Assembly: GCA_965645245.1 (NCBI GenBank)
Contig: OZ287080.1
Span: forward strand, 1,240,001-1,304,000
DNA: 64,000 nt
Reading direction: 5' to 3'
From: Massalongia carnosa
Taxonomy: Eukaryota
In this document: in pieces, positions 49,325 to 62,737 of the stretch
How the letters are laid out: the number at the start of each line of letters is the position of its first letter
Numbering within the stretch: position 1 is the stretch's first letter
The notes under the pieces: generated by a model
Told to the model about the DNA's origin: nothing
Database searches by the model: none
The model's input: only the letters and a program-made list of their open reading frames with translations
Made by a program: the position numbers and the translations under genes

Positions 49325-50635
49325 TCAGAACCCACTCTTTCCCAAAAACCCCACCAGCACCTCAAAGAATCCCGTCGCGTTCTTTGCAAAATTAACGCCA
49401 TGCCCGGCCTCCGGCTGAACGTGCACCTCGAAGTTGCTCGAGCCCGCGAACAGCGGTCGCAGCGGCGGCTCCAACACCCCGGGGCAGTATCCGCCGCAGA
49501 GGATGAAGTCGAACTCGCCGGTGGCGACCAGGGCGGGGCCGCGGAATGCGTAGGCGTCGAGGCTGACGAGCACGGCAGGGTTGAGGGAGAGCAGCTCGGC
49601 GACGGCAAAGGGCTGTTTGGTGGCTTCGGAGAAGAGGGCCACGTCGCGCTCGTACGCAGGCGCTTTGAAGAAGTCGTGAATGTTGCCGAAGACGTCGGCG
49701 GTGGTGAGATAGCCGGGGTCTAAGGCCGCGAAAGAGGGCAAAGAGCCACGAGCCTGTAGGCGGGCGACACGCGGGGCGAAGCCCTCGAAGGTGAGTTGCG
49801 CATTTCCGGCTAGGCCGTAGCCTGTCAGAATGACAGCATCGGCGGCGGTGGGATCAGCGGCTAGGACGGCGTTTGAGGAGAAGGAGCCGAATGAGTGACC
49901 TATCAGGATTAGGGCGGTGGGCCGGAGGAGGGAGGGGGTTGTGTAGGTCCCGTTCCGGACGGATTTGGCAAGGGAGGCGAGGATGGCGACTTGGGTTGAG
50001 AGTTGGGCCGAAAAGCCCGAGACTCTGATTTCAGATACGGGGATTTAGCTAGTAGGAGATAAAAGTAGACAGGTGGGTTTGGAGGTGGAATGGACAGTAC
50101 TGAGATAACTTTACATACTTCGTAGAAAGGCCGACGCCTAAGCGGTCATAGAAAAATACCGAGTAACCTTTACCGATGGCGTATTGTACAAAGTTGTATT
50201 CCTCCGGCTTATACGATGGGTTCCAATAGCTGATGCAAGCAGGTCACGTGAGCTAGATGCATCTTGGGGAAAGAAGAAAGTGACGTGCCTCCTATCAAAT
50301 CCAAGTCCATGTGTGGCTAATAACACAGTTTTAGAGTTCTCGCCCTGCTTCTTTGGGGTGCAGAAGGTGGCTGAAATATCATAAGTAGCAGTTTGCTTGA
50401 CAGGATCACCCAAGGGAAAAGGGACGCCGGCGGAGAGGCGGGTAGACGCGGAGGACAAGAAGTCTATGAAGCCGTAGTCGTCTTCCCATTTGGGTCCATT
50501 CCACGGGCGATTGTTCGAAGCTACCGTCACGGGAATGGTGTAGTCATGGCAGATGGCACCTTCTGGTATATACGCAGTTTGTATAGCGGAGGAAAGCGCC
50601 AAGCTAGACAAAAAAGCAACCGAAGAGTACAACAT
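49325..50635 (-). CDS. Secreted alpha/beta hydrolase (3 exons)
   Basis: Signal peptide; LLATHGLGFDR, YDRLGVGLS, nucleophile LIGHSFGS, ATGEFDFILCGG (acid), QPEAGHGVNF (His). Confidence 0.9.
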
Positions 50636-52685
50636 AGTGAAGTGATGTGAGAAGACGGATATTCAGAATGAGGAGTCAGATAAGAATGATTAGATGCCAA
50701 GAGCAGATGAAGCAAATATATATTTTCGACCTGGACAACTCTCAGAGCGGGAGATGTTGTGCAATCCGGGGCTCCAACTGCAAGCATCTCTGTCAGCATG
50801 AGCATGTCACGATATGAAAACGGTTCTAGTCGAGCGAAGCTATTCTTACGCCTAAATGAGGTATTCCAAATCGTGAACATAGATTAGTAGGAAGCGCGTA
50901 TGCGCAGTAACGCATCAAGGAACGTTTTGATTGAAACTTTGTCACACTGCTGCATAACATCCATTATCATTCTCCCGTGGTGAGCCTGGTAGCCGTCAAT
51001 GTTCCGGAGGATCCGGGGAACCGATAACCAGCGGTGAGATTTTGATCATTCGGTTAAGAACTGTTAAACGATAGAGTAACTAATCATTACTTAAAGGCAG
51101 GATGAAGAATAATCAACAAATAAGAGGAAAAAGCCAGAGGCTTCCATGAAAATGCTAATACGAAAACTCAATGCATGGATTCCATCAAAGATCAACGACA
51201 GCAACTTCAAAAAGAGTCAGAAATACATCCGTAATGCGATAAAACAATCACAGCATTCTCAAATCTCGCAGAGAAATATAACCAATCTCTGCTTTTGTCG
51301 ATTCGAGCAAAGTAAGAACCTACCAGTCGTCGCTCCTTCACCAAAATGAAACCATAACCATAGATTCTTGATGGACAGATTTCATATCTTGGTTATCTGG
51401 TCCTTTATGATTTCGACGAGATGAAGTAGAGTTTGTAGGCTAGGCAAGCTAATTCTGAATTGATCTGACAGGTTTGAGATAAGCGAGAGCGAATATAGGA
51501 GGCGTGGTGTACCCGGATTAGCGGTGATGATCTCCCTCTGCATTCAAGATTGCAGGTAACTGGTATACAGATCAGACGTTGAGAGAAGGTTTAGTTGAGA
51601 TGAGGACGAACAACGATGATGTCACACCGAAGACGATTCCATTTAGATCACGTATTGTTTCAAGTTATTTAATGCGCTCCATCAGGCTGATTATGAACAT
51701 TACTTTCGAGTGTTTGGCAACTCCTCCCCCGACTTGCCCCATGGCGCTCATTTGTACTGAGGGCCCCTCTTATAGCGGCTCTGTCCTAGGAGCATCTACC
51801 TATGCAGATGATTGTCGGAGTTGGCGGGTAGGAAAAGAACTTTTAATGCTGGGTCCCGAATCAATGGTCATGATGAGAAGAACAGTCCACCTTATATGAT
51901 TCTCTTTCCCCTCCTTTGTTCAACTTGTCGGTCATCATTTACTTTCACCTTCGGCACCTTCTCCACTTCCTCGACCTTTGCTGGCTAATCACGGCATGAC
52001 GGCCTACCCACAGGTCTCGGCAATACCTTTCGTCCTAGATGGATTACTCCGATCTCCCGGAGTACCTCTCAGATGTCTTTAACTTCAGGATTCCGTCACA
52101 TGACGTCAGTTATCTCGATACTGCGCGGGGGGAATTTCCCTCAGTCACCTGATCATCACGCCATCCGTCCCCTCGTTGACGCGATGGCAGAAGTGATAAG
52201 AGAAGCGAATTCCGCTAAGAAGAACACATCAATACCTCCGCTGTCGTGGGAGGTGTATGAAAAAGCTGTGCTAATTAGGAGTCGAACGGGCTAGGTGGAG
52301 AAAATGGAAGGTAGGACAGCTATTCCTAGCCAGCCACTTTTTACCTACCTACCTCATGCTTCCTCCCATAAATGCTGCGTCTGTCGTCACAAGGCAAAAG
52401 AGGCAAACGAGGGCGATGTGAGTCCGGGACAATATCATAATGCAGAGGGTTGATTATTAGGTAAGTAGGGAGCTGAACCCTGCCCTCAGGCCAATAAATA
52501 ACTCCAGTGCAACAAGACATGAGGTGATCGCAACGATATTTGTATATTCGCTCCTATTTGGTCATGATACATCTCAATCATCCTCCGCATCAAATAAGGC
52601 TCGGCTTGAATATTGAAAGGCATCGAGACACCAAAGTAGAGATGAAATTTCTTTATGAGCAAAGAAGAACTAAAAGGATACTCTG

Positions 52686-54670
52686 CTAGTGCGCAAATCG
52701 AAAATCAAGGCTGCGATAGGACGAGAAAAGCTTAGTCATGCATGTTTTCAAAGAGGGCGAATTGCAGCTTAGAAGGTGTTGAAAAAAACATACCGCTTGT
52801 TTCCCTTGTCCTTAGTGGTCTCAAGGTAGATCTGCTTCTCCTCGGGGGACATGGCATCCCATCTTCTTGCACGAGATCTGCGACTGTCAGCATTGTTTAG
52901 TTTTTTGGATGGCGGGATGTCGAACTTATTCTTGAAGACGTAGAAGAGTTTCGCCCCGATGAAGAGAAATATGTTGTAAACGCAGATGGCGATCAAGACT
53001 TTGTTGCCGGTGCGGTATAGGGGTTTATCGTGGTCTCGGTAAATCTGGAAAGGCTGCTTAGCATACTTGTAACGGTTCCAATTGCAACAAAAGAATAAAG
53101 CTAATAAATCAATGGTACGAAAACTAGAATAGTACGAACATTTGACCCAATGACGCTGCTTGCTTGTACACACATGTTGTACAGCGCGGACGCTACGGTC
53201 CGAGTTCGAACCGAGCCAGCATTTCTACTGGTGATGGCTACTAGGATTGCATGCACATAAGGATGCCCAACTAGAAGCGTGCTCAAAGCCCACTTGATCC
53301 AATGCCCCGTGGATTTCGAAATCGTTTCCAGTGCTATCAACAATGGAAGTGCCCAGATTTGGCTGACGAGACCGGTCAAAAACCGCTGACCCGTCTTCTC
53401 CGAGACCCAAGTCCACCACAAGAGTTGCAAGATGAACAATACGTATGCTGGAATGGTAAGCAGGTTTGTCTCAAAGGTATCAAATCCTGCGGCTCTTAGC
53501 TGTAGCGTAAGATACTGTGTCATTGGATTGTTTGGAATCAACCAGGACAGACCAATCAGGTATATCGGCCACATGTCATAGTCTGTCAAGCTGTACCAGA
53601 GGTATTGGAATGAGAGGGCTTGTCGGTTATGCATGCCGCCTTTGCCAGGATCATCTCTGAGAATCCGGTTTACCATGATGAGCTCTTCCCGTTCGCTAAA
53701 CCAGCCTTCCTTTCCTCGAAACCAGCTTTTCGTTTGCGTGGGCGATGGGGGCAGATAAAAATAAGATACGATACCAATGCAGCCTGTGAGGAGACCTTCC
53801 AAAGCAAAAAGCCAACGCCAACCGGCAAGCTCATGGTGGCCTCTCAGTCGGAGAATTCCAAAAGCCAAGAAGGCCGAGATAATGCTGGTGGTCTGGTACG
53901 AAACCCAAAAGAAGCTAAGGCGAATGGGGAGTTCGATACCGGTATAGAAGTAACTCAGGTAAAGTATGTTGTCGGGAATGAAACCTCCCTCTATGAGGCC
54001 GAGCAAAGCACGGCAAATAAAGAAAGAAGAACGTCCACTCAGGAAAGCTTGCAGGCTAGCCACAAGACTCCAGCTGACCATCTGAACAGGAATCCAACGA
54101 TCTGGACCAAGTTTCTTGGAGATAAGCTGAGACGGTAACTCGGCACAGAGAAAGCAAATGTAGAAGATTGTTTGGCCCGTGTTATAATCGTTGGTATTCA
54201 TCTTTAGATCACCAAGCATATTATCAGAAAGCGCTTGCGAAATATTGCCACGATCAAGCTGAAGGGCAAAAAACATGAGGCAGACCCAGGAGCAGATCCG
54301 CTTGTCCAGCTGTTTTCGAGAATCAGTATTTTCATCGCTCTGCTAGATGTTCGAAAGTATCTTTGGTAAGGGATGAACGTACTTTGCGAATCAGCTTCTT
54401 CTCCTCTTGTGGTTCCCATACGAAATTTGGATCATAGCGGTGGATGCCCTCGTACTGTTCAATCGGTTTATAATAGGAGACATCGTCGATAGTCTCAAAG
54501 GTTTTGTTTCGCTTTCGAACTTCATCGCGGTCTGCTGCACCATGCAAGGCTCTATCTGAGTCACCGGACCCTGCCTTTTCGAAGCTGCTGAGGAGCAACT
54601 TCATATCTCCAGCGGTCTCCACAGGAGCCTTCGCAGGCCCCGCAGAGGGTTCAGAACGTAGTCCCCCCAT
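52686..54670 (-). CDS. MFS transporter, anion:cation symporter family, Soa1/AstA-like sulfonate/alternative sulfate transporter
   Basis: MFFALQLDRGNISQAL, ELPSQLISKKLGPDRW, GWRWLFALEG, RILRDDPGKGGMHNRQ, SRNAGSVRTRTVASALYNM, C-terminal GNKRLDFRFAH*. Confidence 0.9.
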
Positions 54671-55222
54671 GTTCCGTGAATTTATATTGTAATTAAAGAA
54701 TGAACAGATTTATGAGTTATGAATGTGACCGACCATGCAAGTAGGCTTGCTCTTGACCTCGCCTGTCATGTCAACCCTATATGTACAGTTTCACACCGAT
54801 GGTGAGATCCTTGGTACCGAATGTCGTATAATGCTGCATGTTACTTGCAGCAACTTCCATGAGACTTGATAGCCGAGTCAGCCAGTGGCTGTTAGATAAA
54901 TGAAAGCACGCAATTCGCATTAAGGACCAAGATCATTAACCCCAATTAATAAAAGGTGATATTTCCGATGGATAATGATTAAACGAATATCACGCAATAC
55001 CCGAGATCGGCATCAATCAAGGTCATGCGGCCTCGCAGTCGCAAGTTGAGCGTAACATCACCGTTCGTCAGAGCAAAGAAGCCGTCTTTCCCATCAACCC
55101 CAGAACGTATATAGTATGCCTAGAATCCGGCTTTCTTCGTCCAATGCGCTGTCTCTGAATGACTCCATCCTGATTGTAAAGGAAGTTCTACTCGACCATC
55201 CATATTCAATCTTTGACTTATA

Positions 55223-56745
55223 ATGTCTCCTGGACTGGTCAACGTTCCTCAGCAAGAGCCTACCTCTGTAGTTACCCCAAAAGCACTAGTGGGCCCCAAA
55301 GAAGTTTTTATTGGCGGTCCCCAAGCATATAGTAAAACAACAGAGGAAAAGGGGACAGCGAATCAGCCGGCTGCAAAATATCCAAATTACCTTCCGGTCT
55401 GGGATGCGGAAACGAAGTAGGGATTGATAGATAGAAGATAGCTAGTTCCATATCAATGCTCAGGCGCTAACGCCAAGCCTAGGTACCCTCCATTGGAGTC
55501 CTTTACCCACTATGAACATGGTAAAGATGCCGATCCCACGTTCAAAGACCTTTTACGGGACGCAACCTCGGTCACAGACCTGACAGCCTCTACTGGGACT
55601 GAAGTACATGGAGTCCAGCTAAGCACGCTAACAAACGAAGGAAAAGATCAATTGGCGTTGTTTGTTGCCAAGAGAAAAGTGACGGGTGGGTCTATAGGCC
55701 CAAAACCCCGTTTCCGGAGCGATTGACAAATGCCCCATACGTAGTGTTCCATGATCAGGACTTTGCGGATCTCCCAATTGTGAACGCATTGAAATATTGT
55801 GAATACTTTGGACGTCTTCATATCCATCCCACCAGTGGAGCACCCGCAGGCCATCCAGAGATTCATCTGGTCCATCGCGGGGCTGAAGATAAAAGCGCCG
55901 GAGAGATACTTGATACCAGAACGAATTCAATCACCTGGCATTCGGATGTGACCTATGAAGCTCAACCTCCGGGCACTACCTTTCTGTACATCTTTGATGG
56001 ACCCAATGCAGGCGGAGACACACTTTACGCGAATCAAGTCGAAGCGTATAAACGACTGTCTCCCGAGTTCCAGAAGCGACTGCATGGGCTGACGGCCTTG
56101 CATTCTGGTTTGTTCATTCTATACTTCGCTTGATTAGCACGCATGTGATTCTGAATCTCACGTCACGTTCATGTAGGACACGAGCAAGCTCAAAACAGTA
56201 AGATTCGAGGCAGCATTGTGCGACGAGAACCTGTAACGTCAATTCATCCTCTCGTTCGGACACATCCGGTAAAGGCTGGTATGTTGACAGCGCGTTGAAC
56301 CCGGGACTAATCTGAATGCCATAGGCCACTGGCGAAAAAGCGCTCTTCGTCAACCCACAGTGTAAGCCTCATTCACCGGATTTTATGAGAAGCTGCTAAC
56401 GGTTCCATTGTTAGTCACGCGAAAGATCATTGGATATAAACAAGAGGAAAGCGACAATTTGTTGAAGTTCTTGTATGACCATCTTGCTCTAGGACAAGAT
56501 TTCCAAGTCCGCATCAAATGGGCACCAAAGGCCGTGGTTGTTTGGGATGTAAGTGCATTGTACGCGAAACAGGCTGTAACTAACGCTGTTGACAGAATCG
56601 TGTAACTGCACATTCTGCTACACTTGATTGGGACAATGGTCAGCGACGCCATCTTGCCAGAATCACTCCGCAGGCAGAGCGTCCCAAAGAAACCCTATTC
56701 ACTAGCAGTTCTGAGAATGAGACCAATCTGTATAGCTTTTCCTGA
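55223..56745 (+). CDS. Alpha-ketoglutarate-dependent sulfonate dioxygenase (TauD/Jlp1 family), multi-exon
   Basis: GTEVHGVQLS, FGRLHIHPTSG, WHSDVTYE (HxD), GGDTLYAN, HPLVRTHP, VVVWD/NRVTAHSA, RHLARITPQAERP. Confidence 0.94.
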
Positions 56746-57742
56746 GAGGTGTTTCGGAAGCACGTTAAAAATGATGAGAGAATGATGCTGAAAGCTGATC
56801 CATACCTGTTGTATTTAAATGAAAATGATTTGGACTCTTGGCCTCATCGAGATAACTCGAAATGTCAAAATCAAAGCAAAGACGACAGAATACATCCTAT
56901 CTATCATTTATTTCCCATCTGTCATAAGCTATGCTATTTCTTGAGCATGGTCTTTGGCTGCTAAAAGGTTATCTTGAGGCTAGCATGCACCAAACCGATC
57001 TACTTTCTTTTCAACTGTCGTCATCACAGAACAAGGGATTCCGAGATGATCACGCTAAAAGCATGCGTACTGGGGAGTGAACTATCCTTTCCATGGTTCA
57101 AGATGCTCAAGCCTGGAGGCGTTGAGGAAGTGTGGCTGGTATGTATGTTGTGATTTTGAAGCCAAGCACGCGGGTGAACTAATTGCCAATGAGATCTAAT
57201 ACCGGGGCCCACCTTTTCACTATCTTGAAACCCTCATCCTTTAGGTTAACAACACCCTCAGGTAAGCTAACCAAATCGAGCATATATATTCCTCGGGCAT
57301 GAAATTTCGATGCGTTTTAGACAGTTGTTTGGTGCTTTTTCGATGATCATTTTCATCGAGTTGAGCTTTTGAATGATGATATCATCGTGTTGACATTCGA
57401 AAACTCTGAAACAAATCGACTTAATAACCTTATTAGAGACTCCTCCTTCACTTTGTGACTGCTTATCACCCCGTCCCCTCCTCTAGCCCTCGCTTTGCCT
57501 CGTTCGCATCCTCGTCCCCGTGTCGAACGTCTTCTTCGTATGTCCGACCTCGGAAATAATTCTCGTTGAATAGTGTTATTAGTCTTCAATTGAACTCTTT
57601 CCCATTGTAAACGCGCTAGCTTACCCGAGGTTGTTAATCTAAAGAATGTCCCAGTTATTAGATCCCTTGTAGTTACTGGTTAGTTGCTTTGATTGACTTA
57701 CCCTTTCAATACTAGTATTGCTTTGTCATGCGTTCAACCACT

Positions 57743-58012
57743 CACGCAGGGACCAAAATTGTCGCGACGCCAAAATTTCACCCCATCAACAAAACCCACC
57801 AAAACATCAATTTATCTACATACAAGACGATCATAAAATTGCTACTAATGACCTGTCATCCTTCCGTCATTGTTCAAAATATCTCCCAGTTGTTGAGGCA
57901 TACTCAGAATCATTGCTGACGTTGCATACTGAATAAGTTATAAGTTATTTGATGATGAAGGTTTTTTGGTGGGGTGAAATTTTGGCGTCGCGACAATTTT
58001 GGTCCCTGCGTG
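57743..58012. mobile_element. 270-bp MITE with ~50-bp TIRs, CAC...GTG termini and 5-bp TSD
   Basis: TIR CACGCAGGGACCAAAATTGTCGCGACGCCAAAATTTCACCCCA mirrored at the right end; CCACT at 57738-57742 and 58013-58017. Confidence 0.88.
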
Positions 58013-58751
58013 CCACTCAGACACGTATGGCTTTGGCGAGAGGCTTTGGCGAGCCAGCTAAAGGCTAACCCGAAGGGGTAGCCCATTAAAATAGTAAGTT
58101 AATCCTGGAAATTGTATTTTACATCTCTCCAAAATTACGAATCAACATTTGCTACGATTCGTAGTCTGTCCTATCAAGCAAAATAAGATCAATGTTGATC
58201 TTTACAAACTTGTCTCTCTTCCTTTGATAAAGCTTCAATGGACTATGATACAGCCCAATTGTCCTTTATCAAGCCACAAGGATGCTTACGGACGTCACTC
58301 TAACTTTATCAGCTTGATCACGACATCGAACTCAAGAATGATGAGACCCGTGCACAGTGTGCAATATGAGCCTGGCCTTTGATGGGTACTCATCGAGTCA
58401 AGCTCCATGCATGTATCGATAGCGATATCACTTTTTGATCAACTCCCCATACTCCACCGTTTTGACTCGTATCCCAATGATCAAAACCACGGCGATTCGT
58501 CAGGTAACCGAATATGACCTTGGATCGGCCCTGCAGATGTGACCCTGCAGCTAACTTTATTTCATCTCGATGTACTCTGTACCTAGATGATTGTAAGCTA
58601 TATAACATTAAGCTTGCGACCATGGTTTTCAAAGTATCGTCAAAGTTCTGTCTCTTATGTAGCGTGGAACAAGAAAACAGCCTTTGTCAACTGCCAAGCT
58701 TGCTGTTTCCCCCTGGATTTGACCGCTTATTCTATGCTCTAATCTCAAAGT

Positions 58752-60449
58752 ATGAGGTTCTTAGAGATTGCGTTAGCCACTTTGTGGCTAGCAAGTTCCT
58801 CCGCCACCAGCCCAGTGGCCGACTCGTCGTCGCCGCAGCAAAACAAACATTTGCGTCCAGTCGTGGAGAAGCGACAACAATTCGAAAAGGGGGAGCCTAT
58901 TGACGACAAAGGGAAAGGGGCCCCTATCCTAGGTGAGTTATAGGTCCCGGAGCCGCAGATCCTATGACACTAATTGTAACTTACGTTCAACATAGGGGGA
59001 ACCAATAAGCAGCTTGATCTGCAGAATCCTGACAATCTAGGCGCGCAAAGTACGGACAATGGAGTGGTCGTCAATCTCAAATGGAGCTTCTCCGACTCCA
59101 AAACCAGACTTCTAAATGGCGGCTGGGTCCGGGAACAGGTCATCACGGACCTACCTGCCAGTCATGACATTGCCGCTGCTCAACAGCATTTGAAAAAAGG
59201 GGCGTTTCGTGAGCTGCATTGGCATCGAGTTGTAAGTTGGTTTGGTCTAGAATCGACGCTCAAGCATTAATGGATTTTCAGGCAGAATGGGGTTATGTGT
59301 ATGCTGGATCCATTCTTGTGTCGGCTGTCGATGAGACTGGGAAGAATCAAGTGGACATTCTGGAGGTGGGAGATATATGGTATTTTCCAAAGGGCGCAGC
59401 CCACACTATCCAAGGTATATACCGGTGCGAACAGCAAAAGCGCGAAACTTATTTCTTGGTCAGGGCTTAGTGATGAAAACGAGTATCTGCTTGCATTTGA
59501 CGACGGTATGTTCTCCACAGTTTAATCCGATTTACATTTCTAACCAAATTATAGGAGATTTTGACAGAGCAGGGTAATCCACTTATCCCCTTGACATGGA
59601 ACCTCTCTAACCAACCGTGCTGAAGAACAACTTTTGCTGTCGACGACTGGATCACTCACACACCAAAGGCAATCCTTGCCAAGAATTTTGGCGTCAACGA
59701 ATCCATCTTCGATACCGTCCCCACTCCAGACCCTTATATTGTCAGGGGCGAAGTCAAAAATTCTCCGGTGACAAGCCCATATGGCAAATTAGAAGGGAAT
59801 AGCTCCTACGTCTATCATCTTTCCCAAAAAAAAATCCCTCCGGCCCCCGGTGGAGGCGGTACTCTGGCGATTGTTGATTCGCGAAATTTTCCTATCGCAA
59901 AAACTCTTGCTGCGGCCATCGTAACGTTAGAGCCCAAAGGACTGAGAGAGTTGCATTGGCATCCTAACGTATGAAGCTCCTTTATCACTTCAGTTTAAAT
60001 ATTTACCCGGTACATGTCATATACCCATGAACCAGCTAACCGTGTCTCCAAACAGGCCGAGGAGTGGCTCTACTTCCACCAAGGTCAAGCGCGCGCCACC
60101 GTCTTCCTCGGTAACGCGCTCGCACGGACCTTTGATTTCACGGCTGGCGATACAGCGGTATTCCCCGACAACAGTGGTGAGCTATTTTCCCTTATATCGT
60201 TTCAATTTGGAGCTTAGTGTAGCAAATTTTTAATCACAAATCTTCATTTGAAAAGGCCATTACATCGAAAACACGTCCGAAACCGAAAAGCTTATCTGGA
60301 TCGAGTTGTACAAGAGCGAGCGTGTGGCCGATATCAGCTTGACACAATGGCTCGCCCTTACCCCTCCCGATATCGTTGCCCAGACGCTCAACATTTCTCT
60401 TGCCATCGTGGACAAGTTGAAGAAGGAGAAGCAAATATTGATCAAATAG
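58752..60449 (+). CDS. Secreted bicupin, oxalate decarboxylase/oxidase family, multi-exon
   Basis: Signal peptide; QNPDNLG..STDNGVVVNLKWSFS, two RELHWH cupin motifs (RELHWHRV/AEW; RELHWHPN/AEEW), GDIWYFPKGAAHTIQG, GHYIENTS, ISLTQWLALTP. Confidence 0.93.
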
Positions 60450-61133
60450 GTTTCTTTACGTCTGTCGTCCATTCGAGGCGTGTGCATGGATCGATGTTCA
60501 GCACTAGATTAGGTTGAGCAGTGCGTGGTATTATCTTACATAGTAACCACGCCTGGATTAGTGAAGTCATAATATATCTACACTCCTAATTTCATTCATC
60601 CATTCATCCATCCACTCAACCCAAACTTCATAGCACTATCACCACCTTGCGCCCTCCTATACCGAACTCTCTTTTGCTCTTCCCATCAATTCTAAACCGC
60701 CCCCCGCATCCTATAACCCTCTTTCCTCTCAGCCCTCACCACTCCATCCTCTTCCCTCTTCACCCTCCAAACCCCATCAACAGGTACTAAATCATCGGTT
60801 GGGTTTCCCCATAACGTATTTCATTTGGTGGGGCTTTCCTGAAAGGAAGGTGGAGGTGGGAGGTGGGGTATATATAGGGTTTGGTAGGGAAAGGGGGGGG
60901 GGGGGTGGCACCCTGGGGGGTTAGTGAAGGTGGGGTTATTCATGGATAAGAAAGGGGGAGATGGAAGATGAGGATGATAAAAAGTCAGAAGCGGTGATGC
61001 TGGAAGAAAGAAGATCTGAAAGTCTTTTGTGTGTTGGAGAGGGGGGAGGGGAAGAAGGGAAAGGGGGAAACGGCTGGGGTAGGTAGGTACCTATGTGGGA
61101 GATTATATCTATGGTCTTCTTCCTTTCCCCCCC

Positions 61134-61135
<2 letters not shown>

Positions 61136-61170
<35 letters not shown>
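61136..61170. repeat. (CT)n microsatellite
   Basis: Direct reading. Confidence 0.85.
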
Positions 61171-61829
61171 AAGACTTATCTACAACCCCCCTTCCCCTTC
61201 TCTTTTCATATCTTCTTCCTCATTTCCTCAACCTCCTTTCTCAAACTAGCCATCCATCTATTCTAACATCTATATGTCAAACCGATTGGGTATCATCATG
61301 TACGACGAATGGAAAGATAGGTATCTATTTCATGAGCCACTAAAGGAGGCGGAGGAAGAGGAGGAGGAGGAGGAGGCATTTTTCACTTTTTTGGGGTCGG
61401 GGGAGAGGTCTTAAACCGAGACCCCCGACCGACCCGTGGTCTTGTGCGATGATGAAACTTTTCTTTCTCTTCTTTTATTTTCATTTTCATTTTATAATCG
61501 TTGTGGATATACAGTAGATAGATATATATGCATGTATGCGTGCGTGCGTGCGCGTACAGCGGAAGTAGAAAACAAGTGAAGAGGGAAGAATGAAGAATAG
61601 GATTGGAATAATCGACGAAAAGAAAGAATGAAATAATCGAAAGTCAAAGAGAGAGAAAAAAGCGCAAGTTCGACGAACGAGGGAAAAACCGAAAAAGGGG
61701 CCAAACCCACCCCACCACTGCCCTTTCCCTCCTCCCGTTCATCTGCCCCTTACTTAACCTGCAATTTCCCATCAGATCCTTTAGTTTTTGGAAAGTCTCG
61801 ACCAAGTTCGATTCCTAAACACACCCTGA

Positions 61830-61852
61830 ACTAGCTAGCTAGCTAGCTAGCT
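61830..61852. repeat. (CTAG)n microsatellite
   Basis: Direct reading. Confidence 0.8.
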
Positions 61853-62737
61853 CGGTGAAAGGAACGGGTTTACATGAATGCGTACATGCGTATTCATCGA
61901 ATGATTATCAATCAGAATATCTTGCTAGAAGGAGAGTGAGGCTGATCGAGAGTTTTTTATTTGATTTTTTTAGATGGTGGGGTCTCGCAAATATGGAAAG
62001 AAGGGGGAAGTTAGATACCCAGCAAAGAATAGATAACTATGATTGGGGTATTCATCTATCGAGAAGATAAAAGGCCCAATGAAAATTGATCATGGTAATT
62101 TACAAATCCTACACGCACGTGCCACATATCTACCAAGCGTAGTAACGCTAGGGGTGCATCCACCGGGACGCTGTGGAGGGATAAACTGGGTGGTGGCGAT
62201 CGATAGAAGGATGAAACAAACAAACAAATGAACGATCAAAAGAGTCTCACTGAATCGATGAATCGTCAGGTCTATAAATGACTGACTAGCTGTATGATTG
62301 TATGTATGTATGATAGCCATATGTGTGTTGATAGTAGTATGTACGAAGTATAAAAAGATGTATGAAAAAATGAAAAGGGAAAAATGCAGCAGAAAACTCC
62401 AACGCCAAGACGCAGCACGCGACCATTTGACAAGTCACCTGACTCATCACCTGACATTCCACCGACCTAGTGGAGTTCCACTCCACCCCTCCACAACGCC
62501 AAAACCCTCAAACCTGGATCCAATGAGTGCCTGGAAACCAGATACTCAAAAACCGAACGCGGGAGTGGTCGCTTGTAACCCAAACTCCAGCAACCTGAAT
62601 CTATTTCACCCAATGAAAAAGCCAGAACGCAACCCACCATGGTGCAAAACGCTCTTCCCCAAAAAACGCCAACAGATACCGTCCATTTATACCTCCAACT
62701 GCCTCTAGATGCCATCAAATACATAAAACAATCGGTC

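Noticed and set aside
25647..50635. Secondary-metabolite gene cluster (ABC transporter, FAD oxidase, hydrolase)
   Set aside because: No PKS, NRPS, terpene synthase or pathway regulator in the window; genes are widely spaced
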